From Eledone cirrhosa (lineage: Eukaryota): a stretch of 64,000 bases of DNA. The notes beneath the pieces are model-generated. The model ran no database searches, was not told the origin of the DNA, and saw only the letters and a program-made list of their open reading frames with translations. Positions 39,774 to 53,099 of this stretch are shown here, piece by piece. The stretch covers positions 359,414,001 through 359,478,000 of the forward strand of contig OZ024742.1 of NCBI GenBank assembly GCA_964016885.1, written 5' to 3'. The position numbers and the translations under genes are program-made. Every line of letters begins with the position of its first letter. Within the stretch, counting starts at the first letter, position 1.

Positions 39774-42700
39774 GATTTCATTTATTAGCTACAAGGGCCG
39801 ACATGTTCGGGACAATACAAAGACAGGGACAGTGGGGGTTTACAATAAGGTCGAGTAAAAGTGCACAATGGCAAGACTAATAATATAAAATAAACTATGC
39901 ATAAATATAACAAAATAAATTCCCCGATAGGGGTGGATGGATGACCCTGGGGTGACTCGGGTACCCCACCAATCCTGAACCACCCTGCGCTTCTAGGGCA
40001 CCCAGGGAGAGCACCCCTCTCCTCAAGTTAGCTAGCCTATAGGCACATGGTCAGAGTAGGCCCATTCACACGAGCCATTCTCGCCACATTCACCCACCTT
40101 TTAGCAAATGTACTGGGGGGAAGCACTTCTCTCTCCACCCTCACCTTCCTTTCCAGGTGAAACTTGAAGAAGTTGATGAGGGATTGGCCGAAGATAAAAG
40201 TGTCTGTCTTCAGTCCTTTTAACCTGGTCCACCATATAACCTCTTTCGCAACTGCCACCAGACAGAGGAAAATTTCCTGCTCTTCCTGACCTAAGGAGGG
40301 CGGTGGATCGATCCTCACTATGGACTCGGCCGATAACCGGATTCGTTCCACACGCGACAGTAGCTGTTCGACATAACTCCACAAGTCAGTAATGCACGGA
40401 CATTGGACAAGTGCGTGCAGAACGGTTTCGTCGTTCTGTGCGCATCTTGGGAAGGTCCGTCTGACAGCACTTCCGTGCCTGTAGAGTTTATACCGAACCG
40501 GCAGTGCCCCCCCCCCCCCCCGGTAGCACTGCCAAGCGAGGGATTTCTGGAAATTGTCCATCGTTCCCGGCTCAAAAGTCCTCCGGTACAGACTGTCAGT
40601 TCGACTTCGTCGAGGCCCAAAGCTTCTCCGAGTGCGTCATCGCACTTTCCCACCACTAATCCTCTATAGAACTCGAGAGTGGAAGTTCCACTGATCGCAT
40701 TGCCCGCTTGGTAGAGGGCAGTGAATGCCTGGCAACATTCCAGGTGCCAGTCACCCAGTCTCGGTCTCTTCTTGACCCAGGACTGCAGCTCAGTCAAAGA
40801 AATGAGTTGCGGAAAGACCCGTCTGATAAACGGCGACAACACCTGTTCACCGTTGAGGCAGAATATCTTGAAATGTCGCAGCCTCAACGCATGTCTGTGC
40901 ATCATTAGCCACGGCATGCCCAGCCCTCCGCGTAGAGGGTGCTGGCAGCAGATGGACCACCTCACCAACGGAACTTGTCCCCTCCACAAGAATTTGAAGA
41001 GGAGCCGTTCCAGCTTGACGAGGCGCGGACAGGGGCAAGGCACGACGGTCAGGCGGTAGTAGATGAGGAACGCGATGTACGCATTCGCCACCTCCGCGCG
41101 ACCTTTCAATGATAGCTTCCTCCCAGTCCATTTTTGGGTGAGACTGGCTACTCTGCTCGTTACCACCTGGAGGTCTGGTCAGAACCAAACCCGAGCAACT
41201 TTACCGGTCCGTCCGTCCAGCGTCCCACGACGCTGTTGGACGGCATGGGCTTGCCACTTCAGGTTCCGGCTGCAAGCCCACCGACTTTTCGGGGTTAAGT
41301 TTGGCTCCTGTCAACCTTTCATATTCCTTCAATAAGGTGCCGACCACCTCGATTTCTGAGATGTTCGTCACCATCACGGTGATGTCGTCCGCATAAGCCG
41401 ACACCGCCTTTCCATGTCCCGGTTGGAGCGGGATGCCCTGCAACAGCTCCAGCTTCCGCAGTAAAGGCTCGAGTGTCAATACGTACAGAAGGGAAGAGAG
41501 AGGGCACCCTTGACGGACCGATCGGGAGAGCCGAAATGGTTCCGAGAGGTGGCCATTAACCTTGACCACCGAGCGTGTGCCGCTGTGCATTAGAGCGATC
41601 CAGCTTCTAAAGACAGGGCCGAAGCCAGCTGCTTTGAGGACAAACTCCAGATACCGATGTTCGAATGCTTTCGATTGATCTAAATTGATCAGTGACCCAT
41701 CGAAGCCAGTTTTACACCCTACCCTCTCTATGATGTATCGCATGAGGTGGAGATTGTCGTGTATGGACCTGGCTGGGATTGCGCAAGTTTGCGCCTCCCC
41801 AACCAAAACCTCGACGATAAGCGTCAATCTCTTTGCTGACACCTTGGCCAAAATCTTAAACTCTGTGTTGAGCAGAGTTATAGGCCTGAAGTTGTCTAAT
41901 GTATCCCTCTTGTTCTCGTCTTTCCTTATCAGCGTCACCACTCTCCTGCTCACAGAACTGGGAATACTCTCATTCTGCTGCCAGTTGCAGTAGAGTGATT
42001 CGAGGAGTTCGGAGAACAAGTCTGGCATATTTACGTAAAGCTCGTAGGGCTGGCCATCCTTGTCGCCTCATGCAGCCGACAAGGGCGTCCTGAATTTCGG
42101 CTGAAGTAATCGGCCTTTCACAGCGCTCAGCGTCGACCGTCGAGATGCGCGGCAAGCCGTCGAGGTAGGGACTGAAGTCCGCTACTCTCTCTGACTCGCC
42201 ACTCTCCCCGAACAACCGAGCAATGTGCTGGCGAAAGGCCTCACACATCCGCTTGGAATCGCTTATCTCGTGTCCGTCTCGGTCCGCCAAAGACCGAATT
42301 GTGGTTTTATTACCACGCTGCGCCTCCGCCATGGGGGCCCATCGAACAGCTTTGGTTCCCTCGTTTCTCAGCGCATGCGCCTTAGCTCTGACAATGCAAC
42401 CTTCGTGTTTGGCATTGAATAAATGGTCTAATGCCATTCTCGCCGCTAGCACGTCAGTTGCAATGCCACTACAAATAGCCTCGTCTAACTTATCTACCAA
42501 CTGCCCCTCCTTTCTATGTTTCTCTAACGCTAGTTCTTTGCTGAACTCTATCGAAGTTACTCTAATCTCTCTTTTGAGAGCCCCCCACCATCTGTTGTTC
42601 ATGATCCCCCCTGTCAACTTTTGCTTAAGTAAATTGTTGACTCGGTCCCTGTAAGCCTTACGTACCGGAAATGACATGTTCAGCTTCCAGTAACCCGGTC

Positions 42701-45580
42701 CTAACCTACGCGTTTTATCTAGGTCGACCGTACAGATCACAAATGTGTGATCTGAATAGGCGACCGTTTTAAAAAGTGGGCAGCCCACACTATTTCTATC
42801 TATTTTCCTAATGAAGATCCTGTCTATATACGATCTAGATGATCCCATTCGGTTGGTCCATGTCCATACTGGCACATTGGGGAAATCTAGTCGATATCTG
42901 TCAGACAGTTGGAACTGGTTGAGTAGGTGCTTGAGGCTTTTGCACCCCCCGCTCCTATCGGCTACTCCCACACAATCCCAGCGTGCGTCTAAGATGCCAT
43001 TCCAGTCCCCCGCTAACAGTAAAGGGCGAGACGTACCCAGAAAGGTCTCCAGGCGCCTAAAGAAGTCCGGTCGTCCGGCCCCTGTAGGGGCGTAGACGGC
43101 CAGCAGTCTAAAGGCACCACCTTCGCTACTGCTCACATCCAAGACCACCAACTTACCGTCCGGGTCCCGGAAAATCGACCTTACCTCGAGATCCAGTCCT
43201 TTCCTAAACAGCACTGCCATCCCACCCCCATTCACGGCCTGCTAACAGATGCGAAGATCTGATAGTCGTCGAAAATGGAGGCTAGTGCGCGCGTGTCGGA
43301 AATTATGGTCTCGCTGACGGCAATCACATCCATTTCCGGCGACCTGAGGTCGTTGAGCAGGCGAGCATGCTTCCAGGGTGACCCCAGGCCGCGAACATTT
43401 AAACTCCCTACTCTTAATATGGCCATATTGGTAAGCTAAGAGAGAGAGAGAAGGTTTACTTACTTCCCGGGGTCTTGTGAAGGTCGGGTGGTTCGACCTC
43501 CATGGTTGGTGGGGTTTCTTTTGGGAACCCCTTTAAAAGTCTTGATGCGGGTTTCACATTCGGGGTTCCCACGTCTTGAGGAAAGCTCTCTCGAATTTCT
43601 TTGAAGGAATTGAGTGACATTCGGACCCGAAAAAAATCTTCTGGCACGCAAAATGTGTTCATTTTAAAAATCTCCCCCTCTGTTTGAATGTCCTCGCTTC
43701 GTGCTAACAGGGCCATCAGTTTATCGTTGACCCTTCTGACAAGCACGAAGTTTTTAACAATTTGTTGGTGTGGTTTTATTTGTTTTCGTTTTGGTGACTG
43801 TGGTAGTGATTGTTTTGGTGGTGTTGTTTCGGGTATGTCTGTGTTTGTTGTAGGTGTGGTGTCTGCAATTTCAGGTATTTGTGTGTTTATTTGTACTTGG
43901 GTTTGTTTAGGTTGTTTGCGTTTCGGGGATTGTGGGGGTGGTGTCGATGTTGCTATTGGTGATGATGTTATTGGGGAAGTGTTTGCGTTAGTGGTGTCTG
44001 TATTTTTTGTTGTGTATGGTTTTGTGTTTTGTTGGGGCTTTTTTTTGGTGAGTTTTCTGTTTTTTTGCACTTTGGGGTTTTCCTTCATCTTCGCTGCTGG
44101 AAGACAAAGGGTCTATGGCTGTGAGTGTCTCTGTGTCTGTGTGTGCGTTTATTGTTTTGTCTATGTGTATAATTGGGGGGTAAGGGGAGTGGGAGAGTTT
44201 TCCTCGTTTTCCCCTTGGATTGGTTTTGGTGGTGGTGGTGGTGCAGCTTTCCGTGCTGACATTGGCGTTGGCAACAAAGGAGGTTTGCGACCCCTGCATT
44301 TTTGCGCTGAGGGCAGAAGGCTTGCAGATGCGTTGCTTCCCCGCAGACGAAGCAGCGTGGCCTTCTTCCGTCAATGATTAGTTGGATTGTTGTCCCGTCC
44401 TGCAGGCGGGCAAAATCCGGGATGTTGTTCATGTCCTCCGGTTTCATTTGGAGAAGAATCTCCAAATCCATTCCGGACCAGTCTTCTCTCTCTGTCCTTT
44501 TGATATCCAGGAGAGTAGTGTCTGTCCCCTCCTCGATTACGCATCCCAGCAGCCACCATATATTCATTCCTGGTGGGATGCTGGGAATGCGTATCTTTAC
44601 TGCCCTTTTACCCATGTAGAACGGATGCATGATAATGCGTTCCATTCTGCAGGGGGCCACCGAGTGCTTAATAGCGAGGGCCTCGGTTTTGAACAGTACC
44701 GAGATGGTTCCGAACTGTTTGCCTCTTGCTTTGTACTCTATGTTACTTCCGATGTACTCCAAAGCAGCCTCGACCTCTGCTTGGCTGGCAAGTTCCACTT
44801 TTCGTATCTGCACCGAAATGCATCGAAAGAACACCGTCCTCCTTTGCATGGCCGCTATTGCCTCGTCCGAGATGGTCAGGTTTGCCCAGGACTTCTCCCG
44901 TTTAATTAGCCTCCACGCTTTGGCCAACTGTTCGTCTTTATCGCTAATATCAATATCAATATTCAATAAGCGCTTTGTTTTTGCTGCTGCTGCTGCAGCA
45001 AATGTGGTGCTTCTGATGCTTTTATTGTTGGTGTTGTCATTCTTGCTGTTTTTATTTGTGTTGTTGTTTTTGTTTTGTTTGTTGATGCTGTTGCCACCGC
45101 CATCCGTGTTTACATTGAAGGTGTTATTGTCGTTATTTCTCTGAGTTGTTGTTGTTGTGGTGGTGGTGGTGGTGATGTCGTTTCCAGATGATACTACTGC
45201 TATCACAGAAGGTTGAGTTTTGCCTTCACAATCAGTAGAGTGGATGACAGGCATGACTGTAGCCGTCGTAGTCGTGGTGAAATCTACAGTGGCTGCCTTT
45301 AAACTTTTGACCTGAACGTTGTTTACCGTTTCAAGGTCGAAAATTTCCATAATTTTTCGGGAGATGGGAAGCGATTTTTTTTTTCGAAGTTTTAAAAAAA
45401 ATAAATCTGAATATTCGGGCTTAAAGCCCGAATATTGAGAGGTATCCCTCTCTTTAAATCAAGATGTGTACCTTAAGTTTCGTTAACGACAAGAAAATAC
45501 AAAAAATGACACTTTAAAACAGCTTAAAGTTACGAACTTTTTCCCCCGCAGATTTGTACTGTCTTCACACATGTGCGGCC
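39774..45580 (-). mobile_element. Full-length Tx1 LINE family C, degenerate, flanked by (TTA)n
   Basis: ORF1 44085-45350 plus 43456-44088 (CFVCGEATHLQAFC); ORF2 43426-40037 in fragments; 3' end AATAAATGAAATC+(ATT)n. Confidence 0.92.
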
Positions 45581-45632
<52 letters not shown>

Positions 45633-45879
45633 TTTCTTTATTAACCACAAGGGTTTACATAAAGTAGACATTAAGGACAGTGCAGGACAATGCAGGACGG
45701 TACAAATGGGCATTTCTGCGTGTAAAAAACAAAAACAGAGGATGTAACAAAAATAACAATGAAAAATTCCCCAATAGGGGGGAGACTTCGGAGGGACATT
45801 TGTGGAGAAAGCCCAGTAAAAAGCCACAATGACCCTGACCACCAAGGCAAGTGCCCTCTCCCAGTTTTCCACCTTTAGT

Positions 45880-48800
45880 TTACAGATATATACTCAGAGT
45901 CGGCCCATTCACTCGGGCCATTCTTGCTTCTCTCACCCATCTTTCAACAAAATGCTGGGAAGAGAGCACTTCCCTCTCTACTCTGATTTTCCTTTTCAAA
46001 TGAAATTTGAAAAAGTCAATCAGAGCATCACCGAAGAGGTAAGTGCTCGTCTTCAGCCCTTTCAAACGTGTCCACCATACTATCTCTTTCGCCATGGCCA
46101 CCAGACAGATAAAAACTGCCTGCCCTTCCCGGCTAAAGGAGGAGGGCGGGGCAATCCTCACGATGGACTCAGATGATAGCTGGATCCGTCCTAAACGCGA
46201 CAGCAGGTGTTCGACATAAACCCACAAGTCAGCAATTTTCGGACACTGGACGAGTGCGTGCAGGACGGTTTCGTCGCCCTGCGCGCATCTCGGACATACC
46301 CGGCTGACGGCACCTCCATGCCTGTAGAGTTTATCCCGAACTGGCAAGGCTCCTCGGTAGCACTGCCAGGCCAGAGATTTCTGGAAGTTGTCCATAGGCC
46401 CTGGCCCGAAAGTTCTTCCGAAGAGATTGGCTAGTTGATTTTCGTCGACGCCTAGAGTTTCCCCAAGTACGTCGTCGCTCTTCCCCTCCACTAATCCTCT
46501 ATAGAACGCCGAGGTGGAGTTTCCACCGATCACATTGCCCGATTGGTCGAGGGCTGTGAGCGCCTGAAGACATTCCAGTCTCCAGGCGCTCCCTCTCGGT
46601 CTTCGCTTGACCCAGGACTGCAGCTCCGTCAAGGAAACGAGCTGGGGAAAAACGCGTCTAGCAAACGGCGACCACACCTGATCACCGTCGAGGAAGAGGT
46701 GGAGATGTCGTAGCCTGAGCGCGTGCCTGCGCATCATCAGCCACGGCATGCCCAGCCCTCCACGTAGCGGGTGTTGACAACAGATGGACCGCCTGACCAT
46801 CGGAGCACGTCCCTTCCACAAAAAGCGAAAGAGCAAACGCTCCAGCGCAGTCAGGCGAGGCTTAGGACAAGGTACGACGGTCAGGCGGTAGCAGATGATG
46901 GACGCGATGTACGCGTTAGCCACCTCCGCTCGACCTTTCAGGGATAGCTTCCTCTCCGCCCATTTCTGGGTGAGAGAAGCCACCCTGCTCGTCACCTCGT
47001 CCCAGTTTTTGTCCGTCTGGAGGTCCGGACCGAACCAGACCCCTAGCAATTTAACCGGTCCGTCCGTCCAGCGTCCGACGACGCTGTTGGACGGCATGGA
47101 CCTGCCTCTCCAGGTGCCGAGCTGCAGGCCCACTGACTTTTCCTGGTTGATCATTGCTCCTGTCACCGCTTCGTATTCTCTTAGTGTAGTGCCGATCGCC
47201 TCGATGTGTTTGGCGTTCGACACCACTACGGTGACATCGTCCGCATATGCTGACACGGATCTTCCGCATCCTAGTTCGCGCGGGACTCTCCCCCCACGTC
47301 TCCAGTTTGTGCAGTAAAGGCTCGAGAGTCAATACGTACAAGAGGGACGAGAGGGGACATCCTTGGCGGACCGAGCGCATGATGTTGAACGGTTCCGACA
47401 GGTGACCGTTCACTCTCACCACAGAGCAGATGTCGCTGTGCATGGCAGCGATCCAGCCTCTGAAGACGGGCCCAAAGCCAGCCGCCCTCAGGACTGCCGC
47501 TAGGTAACGATGGTCGACCCTATCGAAAGCTTTCAACTGATCTAAATTGATCAAGGACCCACCCGTGCCAGGTTCCTTAGCTACCCTCTCTATGATGTAT
47601 CGCATGAGGTGGAGGTTGTCGTGGATGGATCTGTCGGGAATGGCGCATGTCTGCGCCTCTTCCACCAGACCACCAACGACAAGCGCCAACCTCTTTGCTA
47701 GCACCTTGGCCAAAATCTTGAACTCTGTGTTTAGCAGAGTTATGGGCCGGAAATTGTCTATGTTATCCCCCTTGTTCGGATCCTTTCTCAGCAGTGCCAC
47801 CGCTCCTCGGCTCACAGAACTGGGAATTCTCCCGTTCTGTTGCCAGTTGCAGTAGACGTCCGCCAAGAGGCCTCCGAACAAGTCTGGCATCTGTACGTAA
47901 AGTTCATAGGGCAGACCATCCAAACCAGGCGATTTACCCCTTGTGCAGCCAGTCATTGCCTCCCGTACTTCAGCGGCTGTTATCGGCTTTTCGCAACACT
48001 TCGCCTCAGTGGCCGAGAGCCGCGGCAGTACGTCGAGGTAGACACTAAAGTCCATCCCTCTACCCGGCCCCCCGCTGCCCCCGAACAGCTGAGAGAAGTG
48101 TCGCTGAAAAGCTTCACACATTTGCCCGGGATCGAGTAGCATGCGCCCGTCGTGGTCCACCAAAGACCGGATCGTGGCTTTGTTGCCACGACGCGCCTCC
48201 GCCACTCGGGCCCATTGAACGGCTTTCGTCCCCTCGTGTCTGAGAGCACGCACCCTTGCTCTGACAACGCAGCTTTCGTGCTTTGCATTGAAGAATTGGT
48301 CAAGGGCCAATTTCGCCGCAAGCACGTCGGTCGCAATGCCTTTGCTAAGCGCCTCGTCTAATTTTCTAACTAGTTCTCCCTCTGCTCTATTTTTCTCTAT
48401 TGCTAAAGCCTTACTAAACCTAATCGATTCTATTCTAATCGCTCTTTTCAGAGCAAACCACCACTTGTTGTTGACGATGGCCCCCGTCAACGCCCGCTTA
48501 ACTAGTTCGCTAATCCGGTCTCTGTAGGCCTTGCGCGCTGGTAAGGACGCGTTTAGCTTCCAGTAGCCGGGTCCTCGTCTATGAAGCCTATCTAAGTCAA
48601 GCACACAGGTCACGAATTTGTGGTCCGTGTAGCTGACTATCTTGAATTGTGGACAGCCTATGCTAGACCTATCTATTTCCCTACAAAATACTCTATCTAG
48701 ATATGATCTGGATGACCCTATGCGGTTTGTCCAAGTCCACATTGGCACATTCGGGAAATCCAATCGGTACCTGTCAGACAGTTCAAAACGCCTGAGCAGG

Positions 48801-49300
48801 TTGGTGAGGCTCTTGCACCCTCCACCCCTATCCGCTAATCCCACACAGTCCCAGCGTGTATCTAAGATCCCGTTCCAGTCGCCCACTAACACTAAAGAGC
48901 GGGACGTTCCAAGAAAGGTCTCCAGACGCCGGAAGAAATCAGGCCGCCCTGCTCCTGTCGGGGCATAGACGGCTACTAGCCTGAAAGCTTGCCCGTCTCC
49001 GCTGGTCACGTCCAGCACCACCAGCTTACCCTCTGGGTCCAGGAAGATGGCCCGTATGTCGAGATCCAAACCTCTCAGAAAAAGCACAACAAATCCTCCC
49101 CCCGATCCAGGACCGCTGGGAGATGCGTACACATCGTAGCCGCCGAAGATCGGTGCGAAGGCCCGTGCTTCGGAGATTCTGGTCTCGCTGATGGCCACTA
49201 CATCTATGTTTAGTGACCTGAGGTCGTTGAGCAGGTGGCCCTGCTTCCATGACGACCCCAAGCCACGCGCATTTATGCTGCCTATTCTGAGTGAGGTCAT
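45880..49300 (-). CDS. Tx1 ORF2 (APE endonuclease, reverse transcriptase, CCHC zinc finger) with one +1 frameshift
   Basis: 47051-49300 (749 aa) plus 45880-47256 (458 aa): NARGL, GDWN, YLDR, TDH, QGCPLS, YADD, CPRC..ETVLH....C. Confidence 0.9.
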
Positions 49301-49335
49301 GTTTAAAATAGAGTGGAAAAGATGGGAAAGACCAC

Positions 49336-51430
49336 TTACCGTACTTTTGGTAGAGGAGGGATGGTTTTTACATCCCTTTTCACTTGATCGTCTGGTGAAG
49401 GGACCGTTGAATCGTCCCTTCGGCTGGTCGTCGGCTCTTCTAAGAGAATGTCTGAATATACTCTTCGATTGATGGTTCCTCCTAGGTCCCTGAAATCACC
49501 AACTGCGTTGGGGAATTTCGTTTTAATGTTTGTGTATTGTTTCTGTGCTATTTTTAGCAGTCTTATGTTAGTTGGCGTTTTGATTGGTGCTGGTATTATG
49601 TAGTCCTGTTGTGAAATGTCTGTGTGTTCAATTATGTAAGTCATTAGTTTCTTGTTGTGTGTGTTTATTGCCGTGCATTTGTTTTTCTGGGGGTGGGGTG
49701 TGGTTCTGCTATTTTCTTGTCGTTGTTGCTGGGTGTGTGTGTTTTGTTGTTGTGTTTGCGATGTTGGTGCTTGTGGTGGTGGTGTTGAAGGTGTTGTTGG
49801 CGGTGGGGTTGTCGCCGGTGGTGATGGTGGTGCTGGTGTGGGTGGTGATGGTGTTGGTGGTGTTGCTGCTGTGGGTCTCTTTGCAGTAGACTTTACCCTT
49901 TTCTCATTTCTTTCCTCCCTTTTCAAAGGCGACGATGCGCTGCTTCTGCGTTTGTGCCTTCTAGCGACCTTTTGCCATCCCTCTCCCACCTCACACTCCA
50001 TGTCTGATTCTGTGAGGTCGGGGAGGGGTACCAGCTCCACTCTTTCACTTGTTGTTGTTGGTGATGTTTGCACTGGAGTCTCTGTTGCAGCTGCATTTGG
50101 TATTACTGTTGTTGTTAATATTTCCACTGCTGCTGTTGTTTTTGATTTCCGTGGAGTGGGTATGGGTGCCACGGACCTATCGTTCCTGGTTGCCGCTTGT
50201 CCTGTTGCTGGTAGCCGTGGAGCCGGATTCGGAAGGAGGGGGCTTTTCTCCTTTCTCAGGGTCTTCTCGTTGCAGAAGGCCCTGAGGTGAGTCTTCGATC
50301 CACAGCGAAAGCATTTCGGGCGTTTGCCCTCAACACTTATGGGCAGTTGAGTGCCGTTATCGAAGTCTATCACATCCGGGATAGCTTCGATGCACTCCTG
50401 GTTGGTTTGGATTAGCATCTCAATGGAGGAGCCGACCCAATCTTCTCTTACTTTTTTCTGTACTTGCAGTACAGTTGTTTTGTCCTCGATTCCGACGAGG
50501 ACAGACGCGGCCAGCCAAGAAGGGGTCATTCCGGGGGGGACGTGGGTCAGTTTGACCCTCACAATTTTTTGCCCGCAGTAGGAGGGCACCAACACCATTT
50601 CCTCGCTCCTTAGGGTCACTACTGATTGGGCCTTTGCCTCCTGGGGTGTGGCAAAAAGTACGTCTACGGTGGCATATTTTTTGCCTCGGGTGATGTGCGT
50701 TTTCCGCTGCCACACAGACCCTAAGGCTTTTTGTATTTGGGCCTCTGTGGCTCTTTCCACCCTACGGGATTTTGTACTTACTGTACGGTACGTGACCGTA
50801 CAGTGCTCTTGGGTTTCGAAAAATTTTTCCGCTGCCTTGCAGATTGCTCGGTGTCCGTTCTTTGTCACCATCTTCTTCGCTTCCTCTAATTCCTCATTTG
50901 TTATGAGGATTGTTTCCAAGTTTTTCGCAATACCTGCAAATGAGATTGGTTTTTCTCTGCTGTTGTTGTTGTCGTCAGAGCTGCTGGTACTTTTGTTGTT
51001 GCTGCAGGTACTACGACTACTGCCTCCGCCGCTGTTGCTGTGGTTGTTGTTGGTGTTGCTGCTGCTAATGCTGTTGTTGTTTATGCTGCTGGTGATGCTG
51101 TTGCGGCTGCTACTGTTGTTTTCATTGTCACTGTTGCTGTTGTTATTACGGCTGCTACTGCTATTATTCCTGACGTCAGACGAATGAACTGGGTTTTCGT
51201 ATTTCCCGCACACCTGTTTCGTCGCTGTCGTCGTCGTCGTGGAGAAACCTTGCACGCTTTGCACGAGACTTTTCTTTTCTTTCGTCGCTTGCGAAAGAGA
51301 AGGGAGGGAGAGAGACACATTTAAAGAAGGGAGGGAGAGAGACAATCTTCTCTCTGCTGTAGTGATGATTGAGGAAGAAGAAGACGGAATGAGTGGGAGT
51401 GACGTATGAAATTTCTTTTTCGTAGCCATG
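49336..51430 (-). CDS. Tx1 ORF1, open (~700 aa; likely start MATKKKF)
   Basis: CFRCGSKTHLRAFC knuckle; S/N-rich and P/T-rich disordered arms. Confidence 0.88.
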
Positions 51431-53099
51431 TTTTTTTGTTTAAAATGAAATTTTGGGTACAAAACCCCAATAACTGGTTATTTAACCCCGAAGGGCCAAA
51501 TAACGGACAGAAAGACCCCTCTCACGAGGAGGAGGGTGTCTTTATCAACAATTTGGTTCAAGTTTTAAACAATTTACAATTGTTTTAACGGTTAAAAATT
51601 ACTATACCTTACAGAGCCGAGCCTCCGTCAACCATGGCATTCAATAATAATAATAATAATAATAAGACGCACGTGGTGGATAGAATGTCATGAAATCGCT
51701 CCCGTAAGTTTTTGATTTTTAACGTATTTAAATCAATTGTGAAATAACAATTCTTAGTACAAATGATACATAAAGCACCGGACTCAACTCTCAGAAAATT
51801 CGGATCCATAATATCCAGTTATATCGCTCAAATATTTAATTTTGTATTATACATTTTATATTCAAAAAAGAAAATGGTTATAAATGGAAGAAAACCCCCT
51901 CTGTCTACACTATATAGAACAGCCAAATAACAGCAATTTCACCAACACCACAAACTAGATACACCACCTATCCCATCACCCCTCTGTCTACACTAAATAC
52001 AACAGCCAGATAACGGCAATTTCACCACCACCACCACCAATCCCAGCATAATAATAATAATTACTATTATTATTGTCTCAAGTTTTCACAAAATGTTTAA
52101 TTCCAATATTAAGATAATATATCAACACATATATTAAACATACGCGACAAACTGCATAGATACACCGATCAAACAAACTGCAGTCTATTCAACAAAACTC
52201 AGTAACGATAACGCCATCACTATAGTCACTGCCGCCACCACTCCATCCATCATTGCTACCACTATCCCATCAGCGCCGCCACCACTCCTTCATTGCTACC
52301 ACCACTATTCCCCCATTACCTTCTGTTAACTTACGAAAGGGGAAGGTGGCGGTATCACTAGACAATATTAATATTTAATTTTGGATCAGGAATGTTATAG
52401 TCGAAAAGGAGGAAAATGGCAAAATGGCTAAATAGCTAAATAGCTAAATGGCTAAGTGGACAGAGAAGATAATTTCACCACCAACACCACCACCACTACC
52501 ACGCTAAAAACTCTAGTCAAGTTACCTCAACTTCTATTTCTACTTCAACTTCAACACCATCACTACAGTACTACGATCACATCACCTCCACCACTGCCTC
52601 ATTATCGCTACCGCCGCTATTCTCTCCCACTACCTCCTGCTAAGTACTACTAGCACAGAACCACCACCACCACCACCACCACCACCACCACCACCACCAC
52701 TGCCCCATTATCACTACCGCCGCTATTCTCTCCCACTACCTCCTGCTAAGACATGCATCGTAGTGTCCCCACTAAAAGAGGAAGGCATCAAAATATATAA
52801 ATAAACTGATTTGATGACCCGGTCAAAAAATCAAAAAACCAAAAATCAAAATCAAAGCAGCACAGCAACAAAGAAAAACGTAAAGAAAAGAAAAATGAAG
52901 AGAAAAACAAACAGACGGACAGAGAAGGGAAGGGAAAAACTAAGTCAGACATTCAAACATTACATTACAATGAAACTTATGCTTATTCTTTTTTGGGGGG
53001 TTTTTTGCCTGTTTGTTTGCTTGTTTATTTATGTTCGTCTACAGCGTGATAGTGCCACACAAAAATCACTGGGAGTGATGAAATCTCCGGAGGTGATGA

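Larger units (their letters stand above)
45631..51642 (-). mobile_element. Full-length, near-intact Tx1 LINE family A flanked by (TTA)n
   Basis: Open ORF1; ORF2 with a single frameshift near 47290; 3' end AATAAAGAAATC+(ATT)n; microsatellites at 45581-45630 and 51643-51665. Confidence 0.95.

Noticed and set aside
45530-45580. HDV-like ribozyme at LINE 5' ends (GGCCGCA...TGCGG)
   Set aside because: Could not build P1, P2, P3, L3 and J4/2 in the correct order by eye for any Tx1 or Dong 5'UTR.
51890-52760. Short duplicated segments (CCCCTCTGTCTACACTA; CATTATC.CTACCGCCGCTATTCTCTCCCACTACCTCCTGCTAAG)
   Set aside because: Local duplications in low-complexity CAC-rich DNA with no further structure.
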